Part shown: piece after piece, positions 1 through 10,762 of the stretch
Position numbering within the stretch: position 1 is the first letter of the stretch
Layout: each line of letters starts with the position of its first letter
Source: a virus
IMG/VR virus record: IMGVR_UViG_3300014720_002669
Length of the DNA stretch: 64,000 nt
Direction: 5' to 3' (one strand)
Program-made: the position numbers and the translations under genes
The notes under the pieces: generated by a model
The model's database searches: none
What the model was told of the DNA's origin: nothing
What the model saw: the letters and a program-made list of their open reading frames with translations, nothing else

Positions 1-1349
1 AAGGCAACTTGAAAGTGATTGCGTCAACCACCTGGGAAGAATACTACGAGTCATTTGAGAAAGATCGCGCACTCATGCGTAGATTCTATAGACTCAGCAT
101 TGACGAGCCCGATACTGATACCACAGAAAAAATTCTAATAGGATTGAGTCTTAGACTGGAAAAATTTCACAATGTTGAAATTGACACCGAAGCTATAATG
201 GCCTCTGTGGAACTGGCCAACCGCTACATTCATGACCGTAAGAATCCTGACAAAGCCATTGACTTGCTGGATGCAAGTTGTGCCCGTGAGCGTGTGAAAG
301 ATGAAGGCACTGTTGTGATCACAAAAGAAATGATTCAGGCACAAGTGAGTCGTGTGGCAGGTGTGCCTTTGGATCGCTTGCAGAACGAACGATCGGCAAA
401 GATTGTAGATTTGGAAAGCAACATCAAGCAGAAGTTGTATGGACAAGATTCGGCAGTGGAGGCTGTGTTGGAACGTGTATACATCAATTTTGCCGGCATT
501 GGCAACGCAAAACGTCCTATCTCAAGTTTCTTGTTTTTGGGCCCAACTGGTACAGGCAAAACTGAACTGGCCAAACTCTTAAGCGAGCACTTGGAAATGA
601 AACTGTTGCGATACGACATGAGTGAGTATCAGGAAAAGCACACAGTCAGTAGTTTGATCGGTGCACCTCCGGGCTACGTGGGCTTTGAAGATGGCAATGT
701 GGGCGGTGGCAAACTGATTTCAGACATCAGCAAAAATCCCTATGCCATCATCTTGTTTGATGAAATTGAAAAAGCACATTCAGATGTGACCAACATCCTG
801 TTGCAGATGTTAGACGAAGGACACATTACGTCAGCCAACGGCAAACGAGTGGATGTGAAAAACTGCATCATTATCATGACCAGTAACTTGGGCGCACAGG
901 CCAATGACGCCAACAACATTGGGTTTGGTAGCTTGGAGAAGTCAGGCGAAGAAGATCGTGCAATGAAAGACTTCTTCCGCCCAGAACTGCGCAATCGTAT
1001 TGATCGAATCTGCAAGTTCACCAAATTGGACACACTTGCCATCAAGAAAATTGTGTTGAAGTTTGTGGACGAACTCAAAGCCAGTATGACACACAAGAAC
1101 ATTAAATTGTTGTTGAGTGAGCCGGTGATTGACCACTTGGCTGACAAGGGTTATGACAGCAAAATGGGCGCACGTCCCTTGAGTCGCAAGATTGATGAGC
1201 TGATCCGTGTGCCACTCAGCAAGCGGATGCTGTTTGATCGCTTGGAGAATTGCACAATCACCGCTGTGATGCGGGATGATGCTGTGGAATTTGAAATTGA
1301 ACAAGACGCTGTGCCTACAATAAATGCCGAAGGAATCATCATTGTATAA
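1..1349 (+). CDS. clpA: ClpA/ClpB-family AAA+ chaperone ATPase, 5'-truncated by the window
   Basis: RYIHDRKNPDKAIDLLD, Walker A GPTGTGKT, SSLIGAPPGYVGF, Walker B ILFDEIEKAH, FRPELRNRID, MGARPL. Confidence 0.9.
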   Translation, partial: GNLKVIASTTWEEYYESFEKDRALMRRFYRLSIDEPDTDTTEKILIGLSLRLEKFHNVEIDTEAIMASVELANRYIHDRKNPDKAIDLLDASCARERVKDEGTVVITKEMIQAQVSRVAGVPLDRLQNERSAKIVDLESNIKQKLYGQDSAVEAVLERVYINFAGIGNAKRPISSFLFLGPTGTGKTELAKLLSEHLEMKLLRYDMSEYQEKHTVSSLIGAPPGYVGFEDGNVGGGKLISDISKNPYAIILFDEIEKAHSDVTNILLQMLDEGHITSANGKRVDVKNCIIIMTSNLGAQANDANNIGFGSLEKSGEEDRAMKDFFRPELRNRIDRICKFTKLDTLAIKKIVLKFVDELKASMTHKNIKLLLSEPVIDHLADKGYDSKMGARPLSRKIDELIRVPLSKRMLFDRLENCTITAVMRDDAVEFEIEQDAVPTINAEGIIIV

Positions 1350-2019
1350 AGTCGAAGTTGACCATCGGAGTAGTCTGTATTACCATCAGTACAAATGGTG
1401 CATAACCATCAACATCTCTGAGGCGCCTTGTTTGCGACACTTGGGGAGTGCTCAATTCGAAAGTGCTATTCGTAATGCCAGGCACTGGGCCGAAAAAGAT
1501 GTATGGACAGATAGGTCATGGACTGTGACCAAAGAAACTGCCTTGCGCGAAACTCGTGACGTGCTGGTCACCGAAACTCATTCATTCAAAATAGTGGTCA
1601 GTTTCAACACAATCAGCATATACACCAACCATCGTAAGTTGGCCGATCGACTAGTTCAACTAGGTAATGACGGTGTACACATGCACCTGGTACGACAAGC
1701 AGTGTTGACCCGGCCAGCAGGGGTGGTGCAACTGCAGGAATCACAATATGCTTACAGAACTTATCTTCGAGAACGCAAGTACACCAGAGATCAAAGAGAC
1801 ATGTTGGCCAATTTTTTACATTCTCGTCAAGATACCTTGCGTGTGAGCCCAGCATTGGATGAATGGGTAAACGGTGCGTTTGTTGGGTATACACGAAATC
1901 TCAGTTATTCGAGATCCTACTATTTTGTGGACCATGATCATCCCAACGAAGGCACCATGCTGAGTTTGGTGATGCCGGGCATTGTAAGAAAGACCATGCC
2001 CATTCAAACGACTAAATAA
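1324..2019 (+). CDS. hypothetical protein
   Basis: 231-aa ORF overlapping the clpA end; no recognised motif. Confidence 0.7.
   Translation: MPKESSLYKVEVDHRSSLYYHQYKWCITINISEAPCLRHLGSAQFESAIRNARHWAEKDVWTDRSWTVTKETALRETRDVLVTETHSFKIVVSFNTISIYTNHRKLADRLVQLGNDGVHMHLVRQAVLTRPAGVVQLQESQYAYRTYLRERKYTRDQRDMLANFLHSRQDTLRVSPALDEWVNGAFVGYTRNLSYSRSYYFVDHDHPNEGTMLSLVMPGIVRKTMPIQTTK
2013..2018 (+). promoter_or_regulatory. T4-like late promoter core TAAATA (representative; also at 3000, 3773, 4751, 9718, 11333, 18571, 22772, 40159, 48264, 55001 and on the minus strand at 18549-18556 and 49851-49856)
   Basis: Recurrent (TA)TAAATA just upstream of gene starts, matching the T4 gp55 late promoter TATAAATA. 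Confidence 0.7.
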
Positions 2020-2025
2020 TACACT

Positions 2026-2190
2026 ATGGCTAAAATACACGAAGAAGTAGTTGTGATCAAACTATCAAAATTGATCCGAGATACCGATGCTGGTGACGAA
2101 ATTGCCACCGCTGACATCGTTGCTGCCTTGCAAAGTGTGGCAGAAGAACTTGCTGGTACAGGTGTTGTTGTAGAAGCGGACAAGGCTTAA
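2026..2190 (+). CDS. small hypothetical protein (54 aa, MAKIHEEVVVIKLSKL...), absent from the ORF track
   Basis: ATG 7 nt after TAAATA; its stop overlaps the next ATG (TAATG). Confidence 0.75.
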   Translation: MAKIHEEVVVIKLSKLIRDTDAGDEIATADIVAALQSVAEELAGTGVVVEADKA

Positions 2191-2552
2191 TGACCACAAA
2201 AACCATTCTTGCTACCACTGTTTATGGCGTGCCCTCGGGCAACTATGACGGCAGCAGTCAAGACTGGTCAAGTGATCCTGTCACAGCCGCCAATTATTAT
2301 CGCGGTCGCGGCGGCGTGCAAACCATTACATTTTCAGTTACTGAATTCGAAGGTGACATGATTTTGGAAGCCTGCTTGGACGATGATCCTGCTGAAGCCA
2401 ACTGGTTTGACACATACGTCTACGGTGACGGCAGTACCATTCCGCTAACTGACTATCATCCTGCCACGGTCACCGGCAATTTTACCTGGATGCGAGTGCG
2501 TGTTGAAGCATTTTCAGGTGGCACAATCAATTCAGTCACTATTACCTACTAG
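2190..2552 (+). CDS. hypothetical beta-rich protein, possibly virion-associated
   Basis: Coupled to the upstream ORF; Thr/Gly/aromatic-rich. Confidence 0.7.
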   Translation: MTTKTILATTVYGVPSGNYDGSSQDWSSDPVTAANYYRGRGGVQTITFSVTEFEGDMILEACLDDDPAEANWFDTYVYGDGSTIPLTDYHPATVTGNFTWMRVRVEAFSGGTINSVTITY

Positions 2553-2560
2553 AGCATCTC

Positions 2561-2995
2561 ATGGACAAAGTAAAAATTGCATTTGACATTGTGTCAACAT
2601 CGGCTGCATGCCCATTCCACATTGAAATTTGGTTGGATCAATCAAAACTGTTGGCACTAGACAATGTGGAAGACTGTGTGCATTTTACCTACGAATTAAG
2701 CGACGACGATGGCGAGCACGAGTTAAAGATAGTGCTGCAAGGCAAATTGCCCGAGCATACCAAAATTGACGAGCAAGGCAATATGATCAGCGATTCTACA
2801 TTGCAAATATCCAATGTTACCATTGATGAATTAGACATTAACAAATTGTTCTTAGAAAAATGCGTGTACACACACAATTTCAATGACAGTCAACCTGACA
2901 TTAGGGACACATTTCATGGCATTGCAGGCTGCAATGGCACAATCAGTTTTGAATTCTCCACACCCGTTTATCTGTGGTTGTTGGAAAACATGTGA
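2561..2995 (+). CDS. hypothetical protein
   Basis: 144-aa ORF in the operon. Confidence 0.7.
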   Translation: MDKVKIAFDIVSTSAACPFHIEIWLDQSKLLALDNVEDCVHFTYELSDDDGEHELKIVLQGKLPEHTKIDEQGNMISDSTLQISNVTIDELDINKLFLEKCVYTHNFNDSQPDIRDTFHGIAGCNGTISFEFSTPVYLWLLENM

Positions 2996-3011
2996 TTGCT
3001 AAATACAGTTT

Positions 3012-3746
3012 ATGACAACTGTAGTAATCATGCCCGGCGGGTTTCATCCTTTTCATGCAGGGCATGCAGCTTTGTATCAGTCAGCTCGGCGTACATTTCC
3101 AGATGCAGATGTATATGTGGCTGCTACCAATGACACATCAACAAGACCTTTTCCATTTCAAATAAAAGAAAAACTGGCTCAATTGGCCGGAGTTGACCCA
3201 GGTCGATTCATGCAGGTCAAAAGCCCTTTTCAAGCCGCAGAAATAACAGCACCTTACGATCCCGCCCGTGATCAATTGATATTTGTAAGATCAGAAAAAG
3301 ACGCAAACAAACCACCACAGGCCGGTGGCGTCAAAAAGAACGGCGAACCATCATATCTGCAGCCGTTGTTGAGTGCAAAAAAACTAGAACCATTTGCAAA
3401 GCATGCTTACATGGCCTATTTGCCCACTGTGGAATTTGGTCCAGGCATGACTTCGGCTACGGAAATACGTAACGAATGGCCTACGCTAGATGAACAAGGT
3501 AAATTGGATCGTGTGATGAGCCTGTATCCCCGAACACAGATCAATCCCCGGTTGGCTGCCACAGTGGTCCGAATGTTGGACACTGCCATTGGTACAGAAG
3601 TCTCTGAAAATCAAGGCTGGGCTGCCACTTACGAAGCAGTGGGACTCACTGCTGGCACCGGCGTCACAGGAGGCATGCATGCCTCATATCAAACACAATA
3701 CAATCAACCCACCACAGAAGACTATGTGGAAGAATACCGGTCGTAA
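3012..3746 (+). CDS. cytidylyltransferase-like (HxGH nucleotidyltransferase) protein
   Basis: N-terminal PGGFHPFHAGH and a later SATEIR motif. Confidence 0.75.
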   Translation: MTTVVIMPGGFHPFHAGHAALYQSARRTFPDADVYVAATNDTSTRPFPFQIKEKLAQLAGVDPGRFMQVKSPFQAAEITAPYDPARDQLIFVRSEKDANKPPQAGGVKKNGEPSYLQPLLSAKKLEPFAKHAYMAYLPTVEFGPGMTSATEIRNEWPTLDEQGKLDRVMSLYPRTQINPRLAATVVRMLDTAIGTEVSENQGWAATYEAVGLTAGTGVTGGMHASYQTQYNQPTTEDYVEEYRS

Positions 3747-3805
3747 AAAATACCACACGCTGTTATAATCTTTAAATACTAACATAATTTTTTAACGGAG
3801 AACCC

Positions 3806-4747
3806 ATGTCAGACACACCAATTGATCAGCCTCAAGCTGATGCTACACCTGTCACTGCACCATCCAGCGATCCAGCAACCACCAATCAACAAAATGTGCA
3901 AGTCAACATTGACTACTTGCGTACCACTAGAGTACACATTTGCATGCCCTGCTACGGAGGACAGCTGACTGAAGCTTGTTTTATGAGCTTTGTAAAATGG
4001 GCCAACCTGTGCCGTCAGCTGAACATTGACTGGACCGTGGAAACCATGACCAACGAGAGTTTGATCAGTCGAGCACGTAACACCTTGACTTCCAAGTTTT
4101 TGTACACCAAAGAGTCAACACATTTGATGTTTATTGACGCTGACATTGGCTGGGAACCTTGGCATTTGCTGGTGTTGTTGGATGCACAAAAAGACGTGAT
4201 TGGTGGATTGTATCCCATGAAGAGCCTGCCAGTAAAATGGTGTGTGAATGGCATTCCTGGACAAGCAGAAGATCCCACTTCCAATCTCATCGAAGTCACA
4301 AAAACTGGCACAGGTTTCTTGTTGATCAAACGTGATGTGTTTGAAAAACTCAATGCACATCCTGCTACCAAGCCTTTCAACAACGACATTGGCTTGCCAG
4401 CAGAGCTGAACCCTTTCATGAAAACCTACTTTGACACTGCTGTGCGTGAAAATCGCTACTATTCAGAAGACTGGACTTTCTGTGAAAACTGGCGTGATAT
4501 TGGTGGTCAAGTGTTCATTGACAAGCGAATCATGCTGAAACACGTGGGCACCTATGTGTTTGACTACAACACACACGAGCAACTGTACAAAGATCTCAAA
4601 GTGATGTTTGAACCCCAGACTGCCATCACAGGCGAAGTCAATGTGGTGAACAAACCAGCCGAAGCACATGATCTAGCACAGGCACCGGCTCCAGCAGTGG
4701 AACCAGAAGTGTTTGCGTCAAGCGAAGAATCAGCTATCGCTCAGTAA
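3806..4747 (+). CDS. GT-A fold glycosyltransferase-like protein
   Basis: CMPCYGG, ESLISRARN, LMFIDADI (DxD), GTGFLLIKR, SEDWTFC. Confidence 0.75.
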   Translation: MSDTPIDQPQADATPVTAPSSDPATTNQQNVQVNIDYLRTTRVHICMPCYGGQLTEACFMSFVKWANLCRQLNIDWTVETMTNESLISRARNTLTSKFLYTKESTHLMFIDADIGWEPWHLLVLLDAQKDVIGGLYPMKSLPVKWCVNGIPGQAEDPTSNLIEVTKTGTGFLLIKRDVFEKLNAHPATKPFNNDIGLPAELNPFMKTYFDTAVRENRYYSEDWTFCENWRDIGGQVFIDKRIMLKHVGTYVFDYNTHEQLYKDLKVMFEPQTAITGEVNVVNKPAEAHDLAQAPAPAVEPEVFASSEESAIAQ

Positions 4748-4762
4748 CGGTAAATACAGCTT

Positions 4763-7700
4763 ATGAACATTCATGAGCTGGCTACTTACAATCTTGATGA
4801 TGCTGTAAAGTTTCATCAGCGACTCAATCCTGTACTTTGGGCAAGAGACGAACATCTCTTGCCTGAAGTGCGCAACAAGTTGTTAAAAATAGCAGCAGAC
4901 TTCCAAGAATTCCTGGGAGTAGAGGATCTCAAAGTAAAAGACATCACTGTGTCTGGATCCAATGCTGCTTATTCTTACACCAAACAATCCGACATAGATC
5001 TACACCTGGTGGTCGAAATGCCCAACGATCCGGTGTATCAAGAGTTGTTTGCTGCCAAAAAATATCAATACAACACCGAACATGACATCACCATAGGTGG
5101 TGCTGACGTTGAACTGTATGTGCAACCAGATGATCAGCCACATCACAGTCAAGGCATTTATTCAATCAAGAACTCAGACTGGGTAAAAGTACCACAACGC
5201 AAACGCAGTCAAATAGATGACACCTGTGTGTTGGCCAAGGTAGATGATCTGGCCACCAGAATCAAATCTGCCATTGCCAGCCAGGATAGATCAGTAATGG
5301 ATTCGTTGTGGAAAAAAATCAAAATCATGCGCCAGAGCGGTTTGGAAAATCATGGCGAGTTTGGCTGTGAGAATGTTGCATTCAAACTGCTGCGAAACAA
5401 TGGCAGCATTGGCGCATTGAAGTCAGCTATAACAGCAGCACAAGATCGTGAACTGAGTTTGCCGCCTAAAAAACGTGTGCGCTATGGATTTTCAGAAGAC
5501 GTGACTTCCACCCCTGACGGAGTCAGTGCCAGCACCAACATGTTTTTGAACGAAACACCTGTGAGCAATGTTGTGCAGTCTTTTGTGCAAGATGTAGTGC
5601 AACGCCTGGGCATTGAAAACATGCCTGAAGTAGTTTTGCACGATGATCCTGACTGGAGCAAACAAAACAACAGCTTTGGTCAATACAATCCTGACACACG
5701 AACTTTGCATGTGAGTTTGGTTGATCGCCATCTACTGGACATATTGCGAACAGTGGCACATGAGCTCACTCATTGCCGTCAAAACGAGCTGGATACATTG
5801 CCAGATCATGCTGGAGAAACTGGCAGTCGTTGGGAAAATCAAGCCAATGCTCAAGCAGGCATACTCATGCGTGACTTTGCAGATGCCAATCCTGAGTATT
5901 TCAACGAGTCATACACTCAAGCAAAAAGTTTGCAGTCATCCATGAAGACCTTTCGTGCCAAAGTACGCATCAAAGATCGATACGGTAGTCCGGCTATTGA
6001 AGCACAGGTAGTGGCCAGAAACCATGACATGGCCAGACAAATGTTGAGAGCTCAGTACGGTCCTGACAGTGTGATCAGCACAGTGACCGAGCTTAAAGAA
6101 AATGCATCGGGCTATATTCCCAAGAACCGACGAGAAGCAGCCATGCCTCGGTATGCCATGGCTCTTTCAGTGGATATTAAACCTGGCGAAGTTGGCAGAC
6201 AAGCCAACAAACTTGCTCTGAAAACTGGACGCAATGGTGAGCCTGGTTTGCTGCAACCCGATGCACAGAATCTCTTGCGTGAGTTCAGCGAATTTGTGAC
6301 AGAACAAGATCAGTTGTTTGAAATCACCATGAGTCCTTCAAGCCTGAAGAAGTTGAGTGCGCAGACTGGTGCCTTGGCCGGCATGGAATTTGAAATGATT
6401 GTGCCCGGTACCGGGGATGATGACGGCGATCTAGAACCTGACTACGACTTTGATGAACGTTGTCGCAGCATTCAGGATGCCCGTGATTTTTTCTATGACG
6501 GTGACTACAACGGTCGTCGAGATATTCAACGCATGAGTGATCGCATGCAGAATGACTACGCAGAATGGTTGTATGAAAGACTTGACACCGACTTTACCAA
6601 CAACAGTGAAAATCTCATTAGTGAGTGGATCTCAAACAATGTGGACGAATCAAAGTGGAATCCTGACGATCTTGAAGGCGAGGCTCGTCAGGAAGCCCTG
6701 GCGGAATTTGTCGCCAATGTTGATGCTCGTCCCAGCAGTGATTATTATCAACAGGCCCTGGACGAGTATCGTGAAGAAAATCAGGGCAGTTATGACGAAA
6801 GCGACTGGTTGGATGCCGAAGATCTAGACCTCATGAGTGGCGTTGAAAACGCCTACAATATAACCTGGCCACATTGGCGCAGCACAGGTGGCGGTGAAGT
6901 CAGCACTGAGGAAGTGGCCGACAGTTTCAGCAACGCAGTGGGCCGTCCTTGCCGAGCCAGCAGCAGTTATCACTCAAGCCGAGTACCACGACCCAGCAAA
7001 ACCAATGTGAGTTATATTGTGGAACCTGACAGCAGCCTGGAACCAGATGATGCCAATGACTCTGGCCTGGAGTTTGTGAGCCCACCCCTGCCCATTGAAG
7101 AACTGCTCAGTGATTTGAACAAAGTTAAAAAGTGGGCTGACAAGACAGGTTGCTACACCAATGATTCAACTGGCCTGCACATCAATGTGTCAGTACCTGG
7201 TTGGTCTGGCGGCTCAGAAGGCCTGGACTATGTGAAACTGGCAGTGTTGTTAGGTGACGAATATGTGCTGGATGCATTTGGTCGCGCAGGCAACACCTAT
7301 GCCAAGTCGGCCATGGGCAAGATTCGTTCAATAATCAAACAAAATCCTGCCAAGGCAGAAGAAATGCTGGAACGCATGAAGTCTGGCATGGATCAACTGG
7401 CCAGCCGCGCCATACACTCAGGTGCCACAGAAAAATACACGTCAATCAACAACAAAAATGGCTACATTGAATTCCGCAGCCCAGGTGGCGACTGGTTGGA
7501 TGCCAACTTTGATCAAATTGAAAACACCTTGCGACGTTTCACAGTGGCTCTAAGTGCTGCTGTTGATCCCCAGGCCTACAGACAAGAGTACCTAAAGAAA
7601 CTGTATAAACTTCTGGATGTCAAGAGTGAAAAAGATTCCTTGAGTTATTTTGCACGATATGCCGCAGGCGAATTGCCCCGAGCCGCGCTGAAGAGTTTTG

Positions 7701-9724
7701 TGCGTCAGGCCCGACTGGAACGTGATATACAACGTGGCAAAACAGGCGAGGAAGAATTCAAATGGGAAGTTGGCAGACCAGGTTATGGTGCTAGTATCAT
7801 TGTCCGAGCCAAAACCAAAGAACAAGCCATTGACCGAGCCGTGCAACCAGATGGATACCCCGACTGGGCCAGTGCCAGAAGTCAACTCACAGCCCGGCCC
7901 ATAGGACCAGTCGACACCGCCCCAGTCAGAGCCACTGCAGGTGAACCCCAGGCCGTTGGACAACAAGGCAACTGGGGCATTTGGATGACTGGTGAGAATC
8001 GTTTCAGCCGAGCACCAGGCCAACCGGACCCTTCTGTATATCGTAGATTTGCCAGTCGTGAGGCGGCTGAACAATACATTGAACAACAACGTCAAACGTA
8101 CCCCGGTATGCGTACCGACATTGAAGTGCGTGAGATTGAACCCAGTGCCGCAGCACAGGCCATGGGACAACAAGGTGCAGCCATGCTGGGCGATCGACCC
8201 AGCAACCCCGATGGCAACTATGTGATCACGCCCGAAGGAGATCGCACCAGCGTTTACTATCGATTCCAAGCAGTGGACATTGATGATGCCAACACAGTGT
8301 TGCGAGCCTGGCGACAGCAGTATCCCAATCAAGTGTGGTTGGCTCAACGCGACGACAGCAGAACGTTGGGACAACCGCCTGTGCCAGGATCTACCCTGGA
8401 CCTACAACGTCAACGACTTGCGGCCACACCTGCATATGGTTTTAGAGATTTATTTTCAACCACCCCAGATCAACAGCAAGGCGGCAGACCTCATGATCCC
8501 ACAGGACGCTATGCCATTGTGGCACGCAGCGACACAGCAGTGCATGGACGCACAGGCGGTCCAGCCCCCTACTACTATTTCAGATTCAACATGCAGAATC
8601 TTGAAGACCAAGGCCACGGACGATATGTTCTACAGGCCTGGGCTGCCAGAAATTCAGTGAACACTGATGATTACATGGTGGTTGATACCACTCAATATGC
8701 AGATGATGCTGCTCAAGGTGGCACAGTGGATGTGGCCACAGACCGACCAGCACAGCGTACAGGCGGTGAGTTTACTGGTGAGTGGCGGGTCCTAGTCAAC
8801 GGCCAAGAAGTGTATAGATTCAGTGGTGCAGGCAACAGTCAAGCCGATGCTAACAGAGTTGCCGCTGATTGGTTGCGTCGCAATGGAATGGGGGTGAGTG
8901 GCGAAGGCTTTGAAGTGTATCCGGTGATGGCAGAAAGTCTGCAAGAGGCCAAAGGCAACCGTAGAAAGTTTGCTGATGGCTATTTGGTGTTTAGTGATCA
9001 TTTGTATGACAGACTACGCGATCACAGCATCAGTCAAGACGCCGTTGAGCAATTGTTAAGAAAACTGGAAGTGCGCAGATCTATTGATTTAATTCGAATG
9101 CCATACATTGACTTTGTAGTCAAAACTCCAGATTTAGCATTGGCCATTGCTAAAACACGTGACCAAAATGACAACACAGCGTTTGTTGTCAGCACAGTGC
9201 GTCAAAATTTGCGCTCAGGACCTGACCAAGATGTAGTTTATTTAGAAGATATGCCACAGCCCAGTCACGGTCCAGGACAGATCAAAGATCTAAATGAACC
9301 CTTGGGGCCAGAGTCACCACCCCAAATGCCCGCGGGCACCATCAAAGTAGATGTGTCAGACATGTATGACTGGTATAAATTGGGACAAAAGATATCAGAC
9401 CTGGACAGCATCCGGCCTGGAGAATTGGGTTCAGGACCACCATCAACTGTGTTTGCATTTGGCTCAGAAGACCTAAAGAACATGTACAGTCATGCGCTCA
9501 CACGACTGGGATTGAAGACACATGATTTGGATGAGCCTGGCGAAGAGGACATTGACGAAAACTTTGCAGACGGCCGGAATCCACAAGACAAGGGAGATAG
9601 TGCTAGGCATGGTATACCAAAGAAGGCCTCATTAGCAAAGTTAGACAAAATAGGACATGGGTCAGGCCGTAAAGCACAATTAGCCAGATGGCAGGCGAAT
9701 ATGAGACGTGGTCGTGCTAAATAA
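4763..9724 (+). CDS. large polyvalent protein: pol-beta nucleotidyltransferase, HExxH zincin, amidoligase-like domain and repeated small domains
   Basis: SGSNAAYSYTKQSDIDLH; AHELTHCRQ; GMEFE...EPDSSL...GLEFVSP...STGLHINV...IEFRSPG. Confidence 0.8.
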   Translation: MNIHELATYNLDDAVKFHQRLNPVLWARDEHLLPEVRNKLLKIAADFQEFLGVEDLKVKDITVSGSNAAYSYTKQSDIDLHLVVEMPNDPVYQELFAAKKYQYNTEHDITIGGADVELYVQPDDQPHHSQGIYSIKNSDWVKVPQRKRSQIDDTCVLAKVDDLATRIKSAIASQDRSVMDSLWKKIKIMRQSGLENHGEFGCENVAFKLLRNNGSIGALKSAITAAQDRELSLPPKKRVRYGFSEDVTSTPDGVSASTNMFLNETPVSNVVQSFVQDVVQRLGIENMPEVVLHDDPDWSKQNNSFGQYNPDTRTLHVSLVDRHLLDILRTVAHELTHCRQNELDTLPDHAGETGSRWENQANAQAGILMRDFADANPEYFNESYTQAKSLQSSMKTFRAKVRIKDRYGSPAIEAQVVARNHDMARQMLRAQYGPDSVISTVTELKENASGYIPKNRREAAMPRYAMALSVDIKPGEVGRQANKLALKTGRNGEPGLLQPDAQNLLREFSEFVTEQDQLFEITMSPSSLKKLSAQTGALAGMEFEMIVPGTGDDDGDLEPDYDFDERCRSIQDARDFFYDGDYNGRRDIQRMSDRMQNDYAEWLYERLDTDFTNNSENLISEWISNNVDESKWNPDDLEGEARQEALAEFVANVDARPSSDYYQQALDEYREENQGSYDESDWLDAEDLDLMSGVENAYNITWPHWRSTGGGEVSTEEVADSFSNAVGRPCRASSSYHSSRVPRPSKTNVSYIVEPDSSLEPDDANDSGLEFVSPPLPIEELLSDLNKVKKWADKTGCYTNDSTGLHINVSVPGWSGGSEGLDYVKLAVLLGDEYVLDAFGRAGNTYAKSAMGKIRSIIKQNPAKAEEMLERMKSGMDQLASRAIHSGATEKYTSINNKNGYIEFRSPGGDWLDANFDQIENTLRRFTVALSAAVDPQAYRQEYLKKLYKLLDVKSEKDSLSYFARYAAGELPRAALKSFVRQARLERDIQRGKTGEEEFKWEVGRPGYGASIIVRAKTKEQAIDRAVQPDGYPDWASARSQLTARPIGPVDTAPVRATAGEPQAVGQQGNWGIWMTGENRFSRAPGQPDPSVYRRFASREAAEQYIEQQRQTYPGMRTDIEVREIEPSAAAQAMGQQGAAMLGDRPSNPDGNYVITPEGDRTSVYYRFQAVDIDDANTVLRAWRQQYPNQVWLAQRDDSRTLGQPPVPGSTLDLQRQRLAATPAYGFRDLFSTTPDQQQGGRPHDPTGRYAIVARSDTAVHGRTGGPAPYYYFRFNMQNLEDQGHGRYVLQAWAARNSVNTDDYMVVDTTQYADDAAQGGTVDVATDRPAQRTGGEFTGEWRVLVNGQEVYRFSGAGNSQADANRVAADWLRRNGMGVSGEGFEVYPVMAESLQEAKGNRRKFADGYLVFSDHLYDRLRDHSISQDAVEQLLRKLEVRRSIDLIRMPYIDFVVKTPDLALAIAKTRDQNDNTAFVVSTVRQNLRSGPDQDVVYLEDMPQPSHGPGQIKDLNEPLGPESPPQMPAGTIKVDVSDMYDWYKLGQKISDLDSIRPGELGSGPPSTVFAFGSEDLKNMYSHALTRLGLKTHDLDEPGEEDIDENFADGRNPQDKGDSARHGIPKKASLAKLDKIGHGSGRKAQLARWQANMRRGRAK

Positions 9725-9731
9725 TGTTATC

Positions 9732-10328
9732 ATGGCACACGTTTATATCATCACAAACAAAATAAACAATAAACAATACGTCGGAGTGACCAATAACTCA
9801 CTTCAAGAAAGATGGAAAAGTCATCTGTATGACAATAAGATCATTAGCAAGGCTATCAAAAAATATGGCAAAGAAAACTTTTCCATAGAAGCAATACATG
9901 AATGTGATACAATGGATGAAGCGTACATTCTTGAACCAAAATTTATTATTGAACATAATACCAAATACCCAAATGGATACAATGTATCGTCGGGAGGCAA
10001 AGGATCGCAAGTTGGTAAACGCAAGCCCACTCCAGATCATGTCAAGCAAAAAATAAGTGAATCAATCAAGAAAAATCATTACTGGAACAACTTGTCTGAA
10101 GAACAAAAAGAAAAATGCAGAGAAAGTTGGCGGGCAAACAATCAGTCTCGTATAGGGCAAAAAAGAAGTTCATATAACAATGGATTATTCAAAAAAACTG
10201 TTTGGATCAACAACGGCGAACAGAGAAAACGAGTTCCAGAATCTGATATAAATGACTGGATATCAAATGGGTGGATACGCGGGCACATGAACGGTGTAGT
10301 CAACATGAAATTTGGACATAAGAAATGA
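9732..10328 (+). CDS. free-standing GIY-YIG homing endonuclease (Seg-like)
   Basis: HVYIITNKINNKQYVG, RWKSH, NGYN, NUMOD-like KISES and WINNG; visibly AT-rich. Confidence 0.85.
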   Translation: MAHVYIITNKINNKQYVGVTNNSLQERWKSHLYDNKIISKAIKKYGKENFSIEAIHECDTMDEAYILEPKFIIEHNTKYPNGYNVSSGGKGSQVGKRKPTPDHVKQKISESIKKNHYWNNLSEEQKEKCRESWRANNQSRIGQKRSSYNNGLFKKTVWINNGEQRKRVPESDINDWISNGWIRGHMNGVVNMKFGHKK

Positions 10329-10753
10329 GAAATCTCATCAACCTAATCGAAGCCAAACAACGTGGTTGTCCCTTGGCCACACATGACATAGATGAAAACT
10401 TAAAGAATCGTCAACGAGCCATTGACGACTATCACTATGGTCCTGCCAATCCTGACCGTGCTGAAGACTACTGGGCCAAGAGTGCCCGGGGATTCAAAGT
10501 CAGTGTGGCCACTGCTCGAACCATGCAGTGTGGCAACTGTGCGGCCTTTGACGTCAGCGACAGCATGCGAGAATGTATCGCTCAGGGCATACGCGGTGAT
10601 GAAACTGCGGTGGATGCCAATGCCAGTATCAACGGGGCTGACCTGGGCTACTGCAACTTCTTGCACTTCAAGTGTGCTGGCACACGTAGTTGCCGTGCTT
10701 GGATCACTGGTGGTCCCATCACTGAAAAAGACAAACACAAGAGTGCAGATTGA
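10325..10753 (+). CDS. hypothetical Cys-rich protein (CGNC...C...C...C), possibly binds metal
   Basis: ORF translation. Confidence 0.7.
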   Translation: MRNLINLIEAKQRGCPLATHDIDENLKNRQRAIDDYHYGPANPDRAEDYWAKSARGFKVSVATARTMQCGNCAAFDVSDSMRECIAQGIRGDETAVDANASINGADLGYCNFLHFKCAGTRSCRAWITGGPITEKDKHKSAD

Positions 10754-10762
10754 GACCTTGCA

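Noticed and set aside
7592-8374. Long antisense ORFs (also 40130-40972 and many shorter ones)
   Set aside because: Opposite well-supported genes; explained by codon bias.
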